Origin: an uncultured Bifidobacterium sp.
Lineage (GTDB): Bacteria > Fibrobacterota > Fibrobacteria > UBA11236
DNA length: 51,612 nucleotides
NCBI GenBank assembly: GCA_964416695.1
Contig: CAYQFG010000001.1
Coordinates: 1-51,612 of the forward strand
Direction: 5' to 3'
Part shown: positions 31,907-41,282 of the stretch, one piece after another
Layout of the letters: each line of letters starts with the position of its first letter
How positions within the stretch are numbered: the first letter of the stretch is position 1
Program-made: the position numbers and the translations under genes
The notes under the pieces: generated by a model
Told to the model about the DNA's origin: nothing
What the model saw: the letters and a program-made list of their open reading frames with translations, nothing else
Databases searched by the model: none

Positions 31907-32887
31907 TCAGTTCCCCTTCAACCACTCCAGTGTCACCCGGTTGAAGCGTTCTTCGTCTTCCCAGTGATGCACATGACCCCAGCCGGGGAAGGTGATCAGG
32001 GTGCTGCCGCTGATGTGCCGGTGCAGATATTCTGAGTAGGAAGGGGGGGTGAAAATGTCGGCGGTGCCGACGGTGAGCAGGGTGGGCACCTTGATCCGGT
32101 CCAGGCGACCGAGGGTGTCGTGCGTGATGCAGGCGGAGGCCTGCGCGGCGAACGCATGTTGGGGCATCCAGGTGCCGTTGGCCACGGCGTCGGCGGTGGC
32201 GCGCTGGCTTTCCTTCATGTCCGTCTCATGCCCGTTGACCCAGGCGGGGGTCCAGATCCACAGATGCAGCAGTTGCATGAAGTCGGCCGGCGCCACGCCG
32301 GCCCGTACCTTCACCAGATTCTCGAACGCCCAGACCGCATACGGTTCGAACTTCGCCCAGGTACACACCAGGAGCAGGGAGTGGACGAGATCCGGATGAC
32401 GCAGCGCCAGTTCCTGGGCGATCGCACCCCCCATGGAAATTCCGGCCACACGCACCTTGCCGAGTCCGAGACCGCGGATGAGACCCGCATAATCATCGGC
32501 CATCATCTGGGTGGTGTAAGGCCCTTCCGGCTTGTCCGAATCACCGGTTCCCCGGTTGTCGACGAGAAAACAGCGAAAGGCTGTCGCATAGGCCCGCGCA
32601 TGCGCGTCCCATACCTGTCCGTCCGCACCAAGGCCCATGATCAGGACGAGGGGTTCGCCGGTGCCGCGCTCTTCGTAGGCGAGGCGGATGCCGTTGCTCT
32701 CAATGAATTGCTTGTTCACGAATCTTCTTTCTGCTGCGGCCGTGACCGCAACGGGCCCGGCATGGTTGGCAGGACGGTTCCCTGCTTCTGTCAGTCTTAT
32801 AATAAAACCGGACGCAACGTCCTGCGTCCAAAAGAACCTCTTTCTCAAACTGCTAATCCATCCCGGATGGCCGGCCCCTGTGGACAA
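31907..32887 (-). CDS. Alpha/beta-fold hydrolase
   Basis: Contains LVLIMGLGADG, DNRGTGDS and the nucleophile elbow GISMGG. The start is uncertain: the ORF opens at 32887, but the GTG at 32718 (VNKQFIESNG) fits the fold boundary better. Confidence 0.8.
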   Translation of the reverse strand: MSTGAGHPGWISSLRKRFFWTQDVASGFIIRLTEAGNRPANHAGPVAVTAAAERRFVNKQFIESNGIRLAYEERGTGEPLVLIMGLGADGQVWDAHARAYATAFRCFLVDNRGTGDSDKPEGPYTTQMMADDYAGLIRGLGLGKVRVAGISMGGAIAQELALRHPDLVHSLLLVCTWAKFEPYAVWAFENLVKVRAGVAPADFMQLLHLWIWTPAWVNGHETDMKESQRATADAVANGTWMPQHAFAAQASACITHDTLGRLDRIKVPTLLTVGTADIFTPPSYSEYLHRHISGSTLITFPGWGHVHHWEDEERFNRVTLEWLKGN

Positions 32888-32991
32888 ACGTCCGGATACG
32901 CCTGTTCGGAAGGGCGGGGGGCCCCGCTGCGGAGCCTGAAGGTTTCAGCGCTCCCGGCTCCCACGGCTTCGCCGCCAGGAAGCGGGCGCGC

Positions 32992-34266
32992 TTACGGCGT
33001 TTCGACGATGCGTTGGTCCCGCCCGCGCGCCGGCTTGCTTTCCTGAAGCGTGGGCTCCCGCAACTTGCCCGCGCCGGCGGGCGTGGGCGCGGCTTCGAGG
33101 TCGGGCCCGGCAACGGTTTTGTCCTGACGCGCCCCGGGGGCGAGCGTGTCGGTCCCTTCCGTCGCCACCGGGTCGCTCACGACCGCGAGCGTTCTCTGGC
33201 GGGCCCGGTTTGCGGCCGCGATGTCCTTGTGACGGTTGTGCTCGGCGTAGGTCTCCGTGAAAAAATGCTCGCGGGAGCCGTCATCCTTGGCGACGAAGAA
33301 CATCATCGAGGTTTTTTCCGGGTTCAGCGTGGCCCTCAGCGCGTCTTCCCCCGGGCTGCAGATCGGCCCGGGAGGCAGTCCCCGGAATCGCCGGGTATTG
33401 TAGGGAGAGTTGATGGCCAGATCGTCACGGCGCAGCGTCGCGGTCATTTTACGCACGGCGAAACGCACGGTGGGATCCGCGCCCAACGACCATCCCTTGC
33501 GCAACCGGTTATGGAACACTCCGGCGATGCGCCGTTGCTCACGGCGGACCGCGGCTTCCTTTTCCACGATCGATGCCAGGGTCACGAGCCCGTGCACCCC
33601 GTGTTTCCGGATGAACGCGTTGTCTTCCAGCGGCATGCCGGCGACGACCTCGTGAAAGCGGTTGACCATCATCGCGAGGACGTCTTTCTCCTTGAGTTTC
33701 CAGGGGACCACATAGGTGTCGGGATAGAGGTAGCCTTCCAGGCTGGAGGCTTCCACACCCAGGGACGCCGCGAATTCAGGAGAATTCACCAGGGAATCGA
33801 AGACCAGCGAGTCGAGCGGGAAATAGTTGTCCAGGATCCCGAAAATCTCCCAGCTGGTCTTGCCTTCGGGGATGGTCATGGCACGCGTGGCCATTTCGCC
33901 GAATGTGAGCCGGCGCGCGATGTACATGACGGAATTTTGGGGCGCGAGATAGTAATAGCCCGCGCGAATGCGCGTTTCCCACCCTGTCACGCGCAGAACG
34001 ATGCGCAGGGCATGCGGAAAGGCGATCAGCTTTCGTTCGTGCAAGTCCCGTACGAGGGCGTTTGCCGTGGTGTGCTCCGGCACTTCGTAAAGGATCCGGG
34101 CTTCGTTCTTGTCGGTGAAGACGGGCCAGGTGCCCCACAGCATGTATGCCGCCGAGGCCCCCAGCAAACCCGCAAGCACCGCGACCCTGAAGAGGAAACG
34201 TCGCAAGGCGCCTCCGCGGGCGGGTTTCGGGGGTGCGGTGTGTCCGGTAGGTCTCACGTTCGTCAT
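32992..34266 (-). CDS. mltG: Endolytic murein transglycosylase MltG (YceG-like)
   Basis: N-terminal TM anchor. Contains YLYPDTY, LASIVEKEA and YNTRRFRGLPPGPICSPG. Confidence 0.9.
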   Translation of the reverse strand: MTNVRPTGHTAPPKPARGGALRRFLFRVAVLAGLLGASAAYMLWGTWPVFTDKNEARILYEVPEHTTANALVRDLHERKLIAFPHALRIVLRVTGWETRIRAGYYYLAPQNSVMYIARRLTFGEMATRAMTIPEGKTSWEIFGILDNYFPLDSLVFDSLVNSPEFAASLGVEASSLEGYLYPDTYVVPWKLKEKDVLAMMVNRFHEVVAGMPLEDNAFIRKHGVHGLVTLASIVEKEAAVRREQRRIAGVFHNRLRKGWSLGADPTVRFAVRKMTATLRRDDLAINSPYNTRRFRGLPPGPICSPGEDALRATLNPEKTSMMFFVAKDDGSREHFFTETYAEHNRHKDIAAANRARQRTLAVVSDPVATEGTDTLAPGARQDKTVAGPDLEAAPTPAGAGKLREPTLQESKPARGRDQRIVETP

Positions 34267-34357
34267 GGGTTCCGCTCTTTTCAGGGCGTCGCCTCAATGT
34301 ATTTAATCCGGCCCCGCGGTGCAGCGCCGGAGCCAACCACGGAGGGGCGAGGTGACC

Positions 34358-35365
34358 TCAGGCCGGAGTGCTCCATCCGTCGCTCACGGTCTGACCGGCC
34401 CGCGCGAGGGCGTAGGCTTCCCGTTTGAATTCGGAAAGCCCCAGGCCGGTTGCGGACGAGGTTTTCACGACCGGACACTTTTCTTTCCTGAAGCGTTTGT
34501 CCACCGGGAAATCACCCAGATCGTTTTTGCTCAGCACGATCAGCTTCGGTTTTTCAAGCAAGAGGGGATGGAATTTTTCCAGCTCCTTGCGCAGGATGGT
34601 GTACTGACCGTAGGGATCCTTTTCCGAAGCATCCAGGGTGAACACCAGGCAGCGGGTGCGCTCGATGTGACGGAGAAAACGATGGCCCAGGCCCTTGCCT
34701 TCGGCGGCGCCTTCGATCAGCCCCGGAATGTCGACAAGCACGAAGCTGGCGCCGGGCGCCACGCTGACGACACCCAGTGCCGGCTTGATGGTCGTGAACG
34801 GATAATCCGCCACCTTCGGCGTGGCGGAGGACACGCTGCGGATCAGGGAGCTTTTTCCCGCGTTGGGAAAGCCCACCAGGCCGCAATCCGCCAGCAGCTT
34901 CAGTTCGAGCGTGAGCCGCCGGCGTTCGCCCGGCGCACCGGGGGTCGACTGTCGCGGGGCCTGGTTCCGCGAGCTTTTGAACGCGGAATTGCCGGCACCG
35001 CCGCGGCCGCCTTCGGCGATGATGACCTTCTGGGTGCTGCGCTTGAGGTCAGCCAGCACTTCGCCCGTATCGGCATCCTTCACGAGGGTTCCCACGGGCA
35101 CGAGGATGACCTGGTCGGCTCCGTTGCGGCCCGTGCAGTCGCTGGTTCCGCCTTTTTCGCCGTGCTGGGCCTTGAAGATACGGCTCTGGCCGATATCATA
35201 CAGGGTGTGGTGATCCTTGCTGGCCTTGAGGATGACATGGCCGCCCCGTCCGCCGTTCCCGCCGGAAGGCCCGCCCATGGGCACATACTTTTCATGACGG
35301 AACGAGACCATTCCGTCGCCACCCTTGCCCGCTATGACCTCAACGGTCGTTTCGTCCAAAAACAT
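34358..35365 (-). CDS. obg: GTPase Obg/CgtA
   Basis: Preferred ATG at 35365 (MFLDETTVEVIAGKGGDG...). The Obg fold is Gly-rich. G motifs are GFPNAGKSS and DIPGLIEGA. Confidence 0.93.
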   Translation of the reverse strand: MFLDETTVEVIAGKGGDGMVSFRHEKYVPMGGPSGGNGGRGGHVILKASKDHHTLYDIGQSRIFKAQHGEKGGTSDCTGRNGADQVILVPVGTLVKDADTGEVLADLKRSTQKVIIAEGGRGGAGNSAFKSSRNQAPRQSTPGAPGERRRLTLELKLLADCGLVGFPNAGKSSLIRSVSSATPKVADYPFTTIKPALGVVSVAPGASFVLVDIPGLIEGAAEGKGLGHRFLRHIERTRCLVFTLDASEKDPYGQYTILRKELEKFHPLLLEKPKLIVLSKNDLGDFPVDKRFRKEKCPVVKTSSATGLGLSEFKREAYALARAGQTVSDGWSTPA

Positions 35366-35565
35366 GAGACTTTGAAAGGTAGAATGAATGAAGGGGGGGC
35401 ATGGTGCCCGTTTTGGGGGAGTTCGGGCCATTGCCCCGCGACTTCCCGTCCGCCGCGGTCGCCGCGCGACCGCTTTCTCCCCCCCCAAAAAAAACGTCCG
35501 CGACGTGCGTCGTCCCGGCGGCTCCGCTTGCTTCCCCGGCAGGCGGGAAGTACCTTCCCGGTTCC

Positions 35566-36093
35566 ATGTCTTCGAAGTATCCCCCGCGGCCCGCTCCCGA
35601 TAAAAGGTTTCTCGAGTCGTTACTGGCGCGTTTGCTGGACGACGATGTGCACGTGCTGGATGATTTTGAGGCATGGCAGAAGGAACCTCTGGAGTTCTTC
35701 GGCAAGGTCGAAGGCGCGCACGAATTCCTGGACCAGCTGACCTTCAAGATCAAGGAAAGCAAGTCCCGCATGAACAAGGACGTGCTGACGCAATTCTCGC
35801 TCGACTTCCTGCGGAACACCTTGCCGGAATACGGATACAATCCCAAGTTCGTGGCCGTTCAATGCAAGGCGTTGATCACGTATCACCAGAACCAGAAGAA
35901 CTTGCTCAAGGCCATCGAGGTGTGCGAGTTCCTGATCGAGAACGGAATCACCGACGACGATGCCAAGGGCTTCCATGTGCGTCTGGACGAATTCCACCGC
36001 CTCAAGAAACGCGTCGACGAACGCGGCGGCGACTTCAGTGCGATCAGGTTCGCGGCGGCGGAAGAAGAGGACGACGAGGAGCAGGGGGCGTAG
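35566..36093 (+). CDS. Hypothetical protein with acidic C-terminal tail (175 aa)
   Basis: ATG at 35566 (MSSKYPPRP...). Codon bias is good. Predicted helical, ends AAAEEEDDEEQGA. No family recognised. Confidence 0.55.
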   Translation: MSSKYPPRPAPDKRFLESLLARLLDDDVHVLDDFEAWQKEPLEFFGKVEGAHEFLDQLTFKIKESKSRMNKDVLTQFSLDFLRNTLPEYGYNPKFVAVQCKALITYHQNQKNLLKAIEVCEFLIENGITDDDAKGFHVRLDEFHRLKKRVDERGGDFSAIRFAAAEEEDDEEQGA

Positions 36094-36356
36094 GAGAGAC
36101 GCGGACGTGGCCGCACGCCCGACGTGCCGCCGCAGACGCTGGATCGCAGAGCGGTGGATCCTTGCTCACGGCGGAGTGGCGGAGAAACGTCCTGCATGGC
36201 AATGCCCACTGCCAGGAGATGCTTCCGATTCTCCCGGCCCGTGTTGACGGCTCCTTCGCCTGCACATTGATTCTTCATGACGCTTCGCCCGTTGCTCCCT
36301 GCATGATTCATTCGCTGCGCGGGCCCGCACCTTCGTTCCCGCCTTGAGCGTCGCGG

Positions 36357-36938
36357 CTACTTCACCCACTTCTGCACGTCCCTGAATTCGTCCGTGCCGG
36401 CCCTGCGAAGCCATTCGAACACCACCATCTCGCTGGTGACGATATGGATGCCGTGAGACTCAAGCCTGCGGAGGGCGGTGCGCATGTCCGCGGCGCGCCG
36501 CGAGGACACCGCGTCTTCCACCACGTACACGCTGACGTCGGCGGCGGTGAGGTCGAGCGCGGTTTGCAGGACGCAGACATGGGCTTCGACGCCGCAGAGG
36601 ACGACCTGGTCGCGACGCGTCGCCTTGAGGGCGGCGGCCCAGGCCGGGAGGTCGCAGGCGCTGAAGCACAGTTTCTCATGGGGGAGGGTATCGGGCGGCA
36701 GCGCGGCGGCGAGGGCCGGAACGGTGCGGCCGAGACCGCGCGGATACTGTTCGGAAACCATGACGGACACACCCAGCCGCGCCGCCGCCCGGGTGAGGAT
36801 TTCCGTGCGGGTCACCACGGAGGCGAAGTCGGGAATGGCCTCCCGGAAGCGTTCCTGCAGGTCGATCAGGGCGAGCACGCAGCGGCCGGGGTCGAGCAGG
36901 GACGCGTGACGGGGCGGGGCAGTTTTTTCGGGGAACAT
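36357..36938 (-). CDS. Isochorismatase-family cysteine hydrolase
   Basis: Contains LALIDLQERF, and VVLCGVEAHVCVLQTALDL with the catalytic Cys region. Confidence 0.82.
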   Translation of the reverse strand: MFPEKTAPPRHASLLDPGRCVLALIDLQERFREAIPDFASVVTRTEILTRAAARLGVSVMVSEQYPRGLGRTVPALAAALPPDTLPHEKLCFSACDLPAWAAALKATRRDQVVLCGVEAHVCVLQTALDLTAADVSVYVVEDAVSSRRAADMRTALRRLESHGIHIVTSEMVVFEWLRRAGTDEFRDVQKWVK

Positions 36939-37065
36939 GGCGCCTCCTGATTGTACCTGACGTGGTTATACTGGGTGGGCCTGGCGGAGCCTGAGGTGGG
37001 GAAGGGCCCCGCGTCTCCCGAAGCATCCCGAAGCAGCCCGAAGCATCAGGCGCGCCCGAATGCGC

Positions 37066-37764
37066 TTACCTCAGCACGATGTAAAAAAGGATCGCCATGT
37101 AGTGGAGGATGCTTCCGAGCAGGACGAAGCCATGCCAGATGGTGTGGGAATGGGGCAGGCTGCGCCAGAGGTAGAAAACGATCCCGATGGTATAGGACAG
37201 GCCGCCACCCAGCAGGAGCCACAGTCCACCGGCGTCAAGGTTCCGGGTGAGCGGCCCGATGGCGGCCACGCAGGCCCAGCTCATCATCAGGTACAGAAGC
37301 ACGCGTTGCAGTGTGGTTCGGAGGCGTGAGGTGAGCTCAAGGACGAGCCCGGTGACGGCCAGTATCCAGATGGCCCCGGTGATGACCCAACCGCTCGTGC
37401 CCCCGATGACGAGCACGGTGAACGGCGTATAGGTTCCCGCAATCAACAGAAAGATGGCCACATGGTCGAGTTTGCGGAGCATGGGACGGGCCCAGTCGAC
37501 AGGGATGGAATGGTAGAGCGTCGACGCGGTGTAGGCCGCGATCAGGGTGATCCCGTAAAGGCTGACCGCGAAGAAACCCAGCACATCCGCATTGTAGGCG
37601 GAGAATCCGGAGACAACCGCGCGGCCGACGACGGCGGCGAAGATGCCGGCGCCGTGGATGATGGCGCACGCGAGATCTTCGGACCGGGTATAACGGGATT
37701 TCATCCCACGCGCCGCATGGACGTCGGAAGCTTCGAAATCGGGGGTGATGGTCGTGCCGGACAT
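37066..37764 (-). CDS. Hemolysin III / PAQR family membrane protein
   Basis: Seven hydrophobic segments. Conserved His positions (IIHGAG, LYHSIP, LDHVAIF, HSHTIWHGFVL). Confidence 0.82.
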   Translation of the reverse strand: MSGTTITPDFEASDVHAARGMKSRYTRSEDLACAIIHGAGIFAAVVGRAVVSGFSAYNADVLGFFAVSLYGITLIAAYTASTLYHSIPVDWARPMLRKLDHVAIFLLIAGTYTPFTVLVIGGTSGWVITGAIWILAVTGLVLELTSRLRTTLQRVLLYLMMSWACVAAIGPLTRNLDAGGLWLLLGGGLSYTIGIVFYLWRSLPHSHTIWHGFVLLGSILHYMAILFYIVLR

Positions 37765-37880
37765 GGAACGGAATTGTAGTGTTTTGCCTCCGGGATTTCA
37801 GTGATTCCCACATCAAATGGCGTCAAATGACCCAAAAGCGATAACACTGCCGGAGAGACAGGCTGTGACGTGCGTGACCT

Positions 37881-37907
37881 GTCGGTTTTGTCGGTTTTGT
37901 CGGTAGG
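37881..37907. repeat. 9-bp tandem repeat x3 (gtcggtttt gtcggtttt gtcggtagg)
   Basis: Read directly from the sequence, upstream of the hemolysin-III-family gene. Confidence 0.8.
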
Positions 37908-38050
37908 CCCTTGTCAATGTGCCAGGAACTTCCGCTGAGTCTTTCTTCGGCTCCCGGTCCGCAAATGCGGAGCCTGGGTGTCCATCTTCCCTTTCCTGAG
38001 GCCGCACACAAAAAAGCAAAGCCTAAAACAAAAGCAAAACGTAAAACGCA

Positions 38051-38080
38051 AAAAGCCCCCGGGATCTCTCCCGAGGGCTT
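38051..38080 (-). terminator. Intrinsic terminator of ilvC
   Basis: The minus strand reads GCCCUCGGG-AGAGAU-CCCGGGGGC followed by UUUUU, then an extended T-rich tract. Confidence 0.8.
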
Positions 38081-38144
38081 GAGGAACCTGTCCGTCACCG
38101 GCGGTCGCTTCAACCACCGGCCACCGACGCGGGACTCCCGACTC

Positions 38145-39149
38145 TTACACTTCCTTCGAGTCGATCCACTTCATGTTCTTGCGGAGCTTGCGGCCCACGA
38201 CCTCGATCGGGTGCTTCTTCTCCTTGGCTTCCCACGCGCGGAACTTCTTGCCGCCGCTCTGCAGCTCGGTGAGGAAGTTCTTGGCGAACTTGCCGCTCTG
38301 GATCTCCTTGAGGACCTTCTTCATCTCGGCCTTGGTCTTGGAGGTCACGATGCGGGGGCCGGTGACCATGTCACCGTACTCGGCCGTGTTCGACACGGAG
38401 TAGCGCATGTAGGAGAGGCCGCCCTGGTAGAACAGGTCGACGATGAGCTTCAGCTCGTGCAGGCACTCGAAGTAGGCGAGCTCTTCGGGGTAGCCGGCCT
38501 CGACCAGCGTCTCGAAACCGGCCTTCACCAGTTCCGACGCGCCGCCGCACAGCACGGCCTGTTCGCCGAACAGGTCGGTCTCGGTCTCGTTCTTGAAGGT
38601 CGTCTCGATGGCACCGGCGCGGAGGCCGCCCACGCCGCGGGCGTGCGCGAGCGCGGTGGCACGGGCCTTACCCGAAGCGTCCTGCGCGATGGCGATGAGG
38701 CACGGCACGCCGCCACCCTTGACGAACTCGGAGCGGACGAGGTGACCGGGGCCCTTGGGGGCGACCATGATGACGTCCACGTCCTTCGGGGGCTTGATGT
38801 TCTTGAAGTGAATGTTGAAGCCGTGCGAGAACACGAGCGTCTTGCCCTTCTTCAGGTGGGGCAGGATGTCCTGCTCGTAGACGGCCTTCTGCACTTCGTC
38901 GGGCAGCAGGATCTGGATCACGTCGGCCTGCGCGGCGGCTTCGGCGGCGCTGACCGGCTTGAAGCCGTGCTTGACGGCGAGCTTGTAGTTCGCGGAACCC
39001 TTGCGCTGGCCGATGATGACCTTCACGCCGCTGTCGCGGAGGTTCTGCGCCTGGGCGTGGCCCTGGCTGCCGTAACCGATCACGGCCACCGTCTTGCCCT
39101 TGAGGGCGGCGCCCGAACTGTCTTTGCTCGTGTAAACCTTCAATGCCAT
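38145..39149 (-). CDS. ilvC: Ketol-acid reductoisomerase (class I)
   Basis: NADP-binding block [19 protein letters not shown]. ilvC-like throughout. Confidence 0.95.
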   Translation of the reverse strand: MALKVYTSKDSSGAALKGKTVAVIGYGSQGHAQAQNLRDSGVKVIIGQRKGSANYKLAVKHGFKPVSAAEAAAQADVIQILLPDEVQKAVYEQDILPHLKKGKTLVFSHGFNIHFKNIKPPKDVDVIMVAPKGPGHLVRSEFVKGGGVPCLIAIAQDASGKARATALAHARGVGGLRAGAIETTFKNETETDLFGEQAVLCGGASELVKAGFETLVEAGYPEELAYFECLHELKLIVDLFYQGGLSYMRYSVSNTAEYGDMVTGPRIVTSKTKAEMKKVLKEIQSGKFAKNFLTELQSGGKKFRAWEAKEKKHPIEVVGRKLRKNMKWIDSKEV

Positions 39150-39196
39150 GGTCGAAACCTTTCAGGGTGTAGGCCGGGAATAATAGAAATAAAGAA

Positions 39197-39341
39197 GTTG
39201 GTGCCAGCACTGGGACTCGGTGTGAGGCTGGTGCTTGCGGTGAGGCCCAACAGGAAGTTGGCGCCCGCCATTTTGCCTTGCCTGATGTTGGTGCCTCGAC
39301 CGGTTGGTGCCTCGACCGGGACCGTGCCGGATGTTGGTGAT
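39197..39341. repeat. Six GTTGGTGCC-like 9-mers, mostly phased at 30 bp, including a 16-bp tandem duplication
   Basis: Motif starts are at 39197, 39227 (gctggtgct), 39257 (gttggcgcc), 39287, 39303 and 39333 (gttggtgat). gttggtgcctcgaccg is duplicated at 39287 and 39303. Confidence 0.8.
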
Positions 39342-39532
39342 TCCGGCCTCCGGGCAATTTAAAACACTCGATGGTGGTGGGCTGCTGCCTTCAAGCACCT
39401 GGCAACCCCCAAGGACCAACCACCAACTCCGGGCAGGGTCACCGGAGCGTGTGCTGCCGCCCGCCCCGCAGGGGCGTTTGCCCCCCGTACTCCCCGATAT
39501 CAGAACGTCCCCAAAGTGGTACCTTTCCCCCC

Positions 39533-40900
39533 ATGTTCGAACAACTGACAACCAAGCTCGACTCCGCCTTCAAGCGCCTGCGTGGCCAGGACCGGATCAC
39601 CGAAGAAAACGTTTCCGAATCATTGCGCGAAGTCCGCGTCGCGCTGCTGGCGGCGGACGTGCATTTCCAGACCGTCAAGGAATTCATCGCGACGGTGAAG
39701 GCCAAGGCCCTCGGGGCGGAAGTGTTGTCGTCGGTGAGTCCCGGCCAGATGATCATCAAGATCCTGCACGACGAAATGGTGCAGTTGCTGGGCGGACAGG
39801 CCGAAGAACCGCGTTTTCTGGGCAGCCCCCCCGTGGGCATTCTGATGATGGGTTTGCAGGGGTCGGGTAAAACCACCGCGTCGGGCAAGCTGGCGTTGCA
39901 TGTGCGCGAAAAGTGGAAGCGCAAACCCATGCTGGTGGCCTGCGACGTGTATCGTCCCGCCGCCATCGACCAGCTCAAGGTGTTGGGCGCGCAACTGGGC
40001 GTTCCGGTTTATGACGAAGGCGCGGGCGATCCGGTGCGCATCGCGCAGAACGGCCTCAAGGCCGCGCGCGAGCAGGGCTGCGACACGGTGATCTTCGACA
40101 CCGCGGGCCGTCTCCAGATCGACGACGACCTGATGATCGAGCTTGAAAGGATCCAGGCCGCGGTCAAACCCGCGGAACGGTTCTTCGTGGCCGATGCCAT
40201 GACCGGCCAGGAGGCCGTCAATGTGGCGAAGGCCTTCAATGACCGTCTCGACTTCACGGGGGTCATCCTGACCAAGATGGACGGCGATGCGCGCGGCGGT
40301 GCCGCGCTGTCGGTGAAGTCCGTCACGGGCAAACCCGTGCGCTACGTGGGCACGGGGGAAAAGCTCGACGCGCTCGACCTGTTCCACCCCGACCGCATGG
40401 CCTCGCGCATCCTCGGCATGGGTGACGTGCTCACGCTGGTGGAAAAGGCGCAGGAGATCTACGACGAGAAGGAAGCGAAGAAGCTTCAGAAGAAGATGCT
40501 GGGCAACAAGTTCGATCTGAACGACTTCCTGACCCAGCTGCGGCAGATGAAGAAAATGGGGTCGATGGCCGACATGATGGCGATGATCCCCGGTCTCGGC
40601 AAACTGGCCGGAAACGCCAATGTGGACGAGAGCAAGCTGAAGTACACGGAGGCCATCCTCACCTCCATGACGGCCAAGGAGCGGACGAATCCGAAGATCA
40701 TCGACGGGCGTCGCCGCTTCCGCATCGCGGCCGGCAGCGGCACCACCCTGCAGGAAGTGAACCAGGTGCTCAAGCAGTTCGACCAGATGCAGAAGATGAT
40801 GAAGCAGGTGTCGGGCATGGCCGGCAAGGCCGGCGGCATGAAGCAGCTGCAGCGCATGATGCAGCAACGCGGCGGGCGCGGCGCCTTTCCGGGGCGCTGA
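39533..40900 (+). CDS. ffh: Signal recognition particle protein Ffh
   Basis: Preferred ATG at 39533 (MFEQLTTKLDSAFKRL). Contains GLQGSGKTT, DTAGR, TKMDGDARGG and a Met-rich M domain. Confidence 0.95.
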   Translation: MFEQLTTKLDSAFKRLRGQDRITEENVSESLREVRVALLAADVHFQTVKEFIATVKAKALGAEVLSSVSPGQMIIKILHDEMVQLLGGQAEEPRFLGSPPVGILMMGLQGSGKTTASGKLALHVREKWKRKPMLVACDVYRPAAIDQLKVLGAQLGVPVYDEGAGDPVRIAQNGLKAAREQGCDTVIFDTAGRLQIDDDLMIELERIQAAVKPAERFFVADAMTGQEAVNVAKAFNDRLDFTGVILTKMDGDARGGAALSVKSVTGKPVRYVGTGEKLDALDLFHPDRMASRILGMGDVLTLVEKAQEIYDEKEAKKLQKKMLGNKFDLNDFLTQLRQMKKMGSMADMMAMIPGLGKLAGNANVDESKLKYTEAILTSMTAKERTNPKIIDGRRRFRIAAGSGTTLQEVNQVLKQFDQMQKMMKQVSGMAGKAGGMKQLQRMMQQRGGRGAFPGR

Positions 40901-41014
40901 CCCCCTCCGGAAAAAGCGGTGCGAACCAACCGATCAGGAACAGGCGTTGCAACGGCACAGGCACCTGCCCGGCCGGCGGGATGGGCGCCTGTCGGCGCTT
41001 GCCCGCCGGCCTGG

Positions 41015-41242
41015 TCAGCGTGCGCCGCGCGCCTTTTTACGCGACGCCGCGGCCCCTTCGGACATGGGAATCACGTTCGGCCACACGGAAAACTCCGCGC
41101 TGGGCGACAGGGGCAGCACGCGCTGCTGGCGCTTGCGCCCGCCGGACAACGCGAAACGGGCGTAGGGGAAAAAGCCCGGCTGGTCGATGTCCACGGCGAG
41201 CGGGGTCCGGTCGAAACCGGAGTTCTGGTTCGAGGTTTCCAT
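41015..41242 (-). CDS. Small hypothetical protein (75 aa), downstream of the TIM-barrel gene
   Basis: The ATG is preceded by AAAGGAGAAACAT, a strong Shine-Dalgarno site. Third positions are G/C-biased. It sits 40 bp after the stop of the upstream same-strand gene. Confidence 0.55.
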   Translation of the reverse strand: METSNQNSGFDRTPLAVDIDQPGFFPYARFALSGGRKRQQRVLPLSPSAEFSVWPNVIPMSEGAAASRKKARGAR

Positions 41243-41282
41243 ATGTTTCTCCTTTTGACGTTCTGAAAAATGGGGCGTCCGG

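Noticed and set aside
37911-39362. 483-aa plus-strand ORF and other long ORFs antisense to ilvC
   Set aside because: ilvC on the minus strand is unambiguous. These are shadow frames.
39150-39532. Attenuator leader peptide for ilvC
   Set aside because: No short ORF rich in Val/Leu/Ile codons is present on the minus strand upstream of ilvC. The repeats translate as GTN, APT or HQ, not as branched-chain residues.
40967-41012. GC-rich hairpin (ccggccggcggg ... cccgccggcc) between ffh and the 75-aa ORF as a terminator
   Set aside because: There is no U-tract on either strand and the loop is long and partly paired. This is too weak to call.
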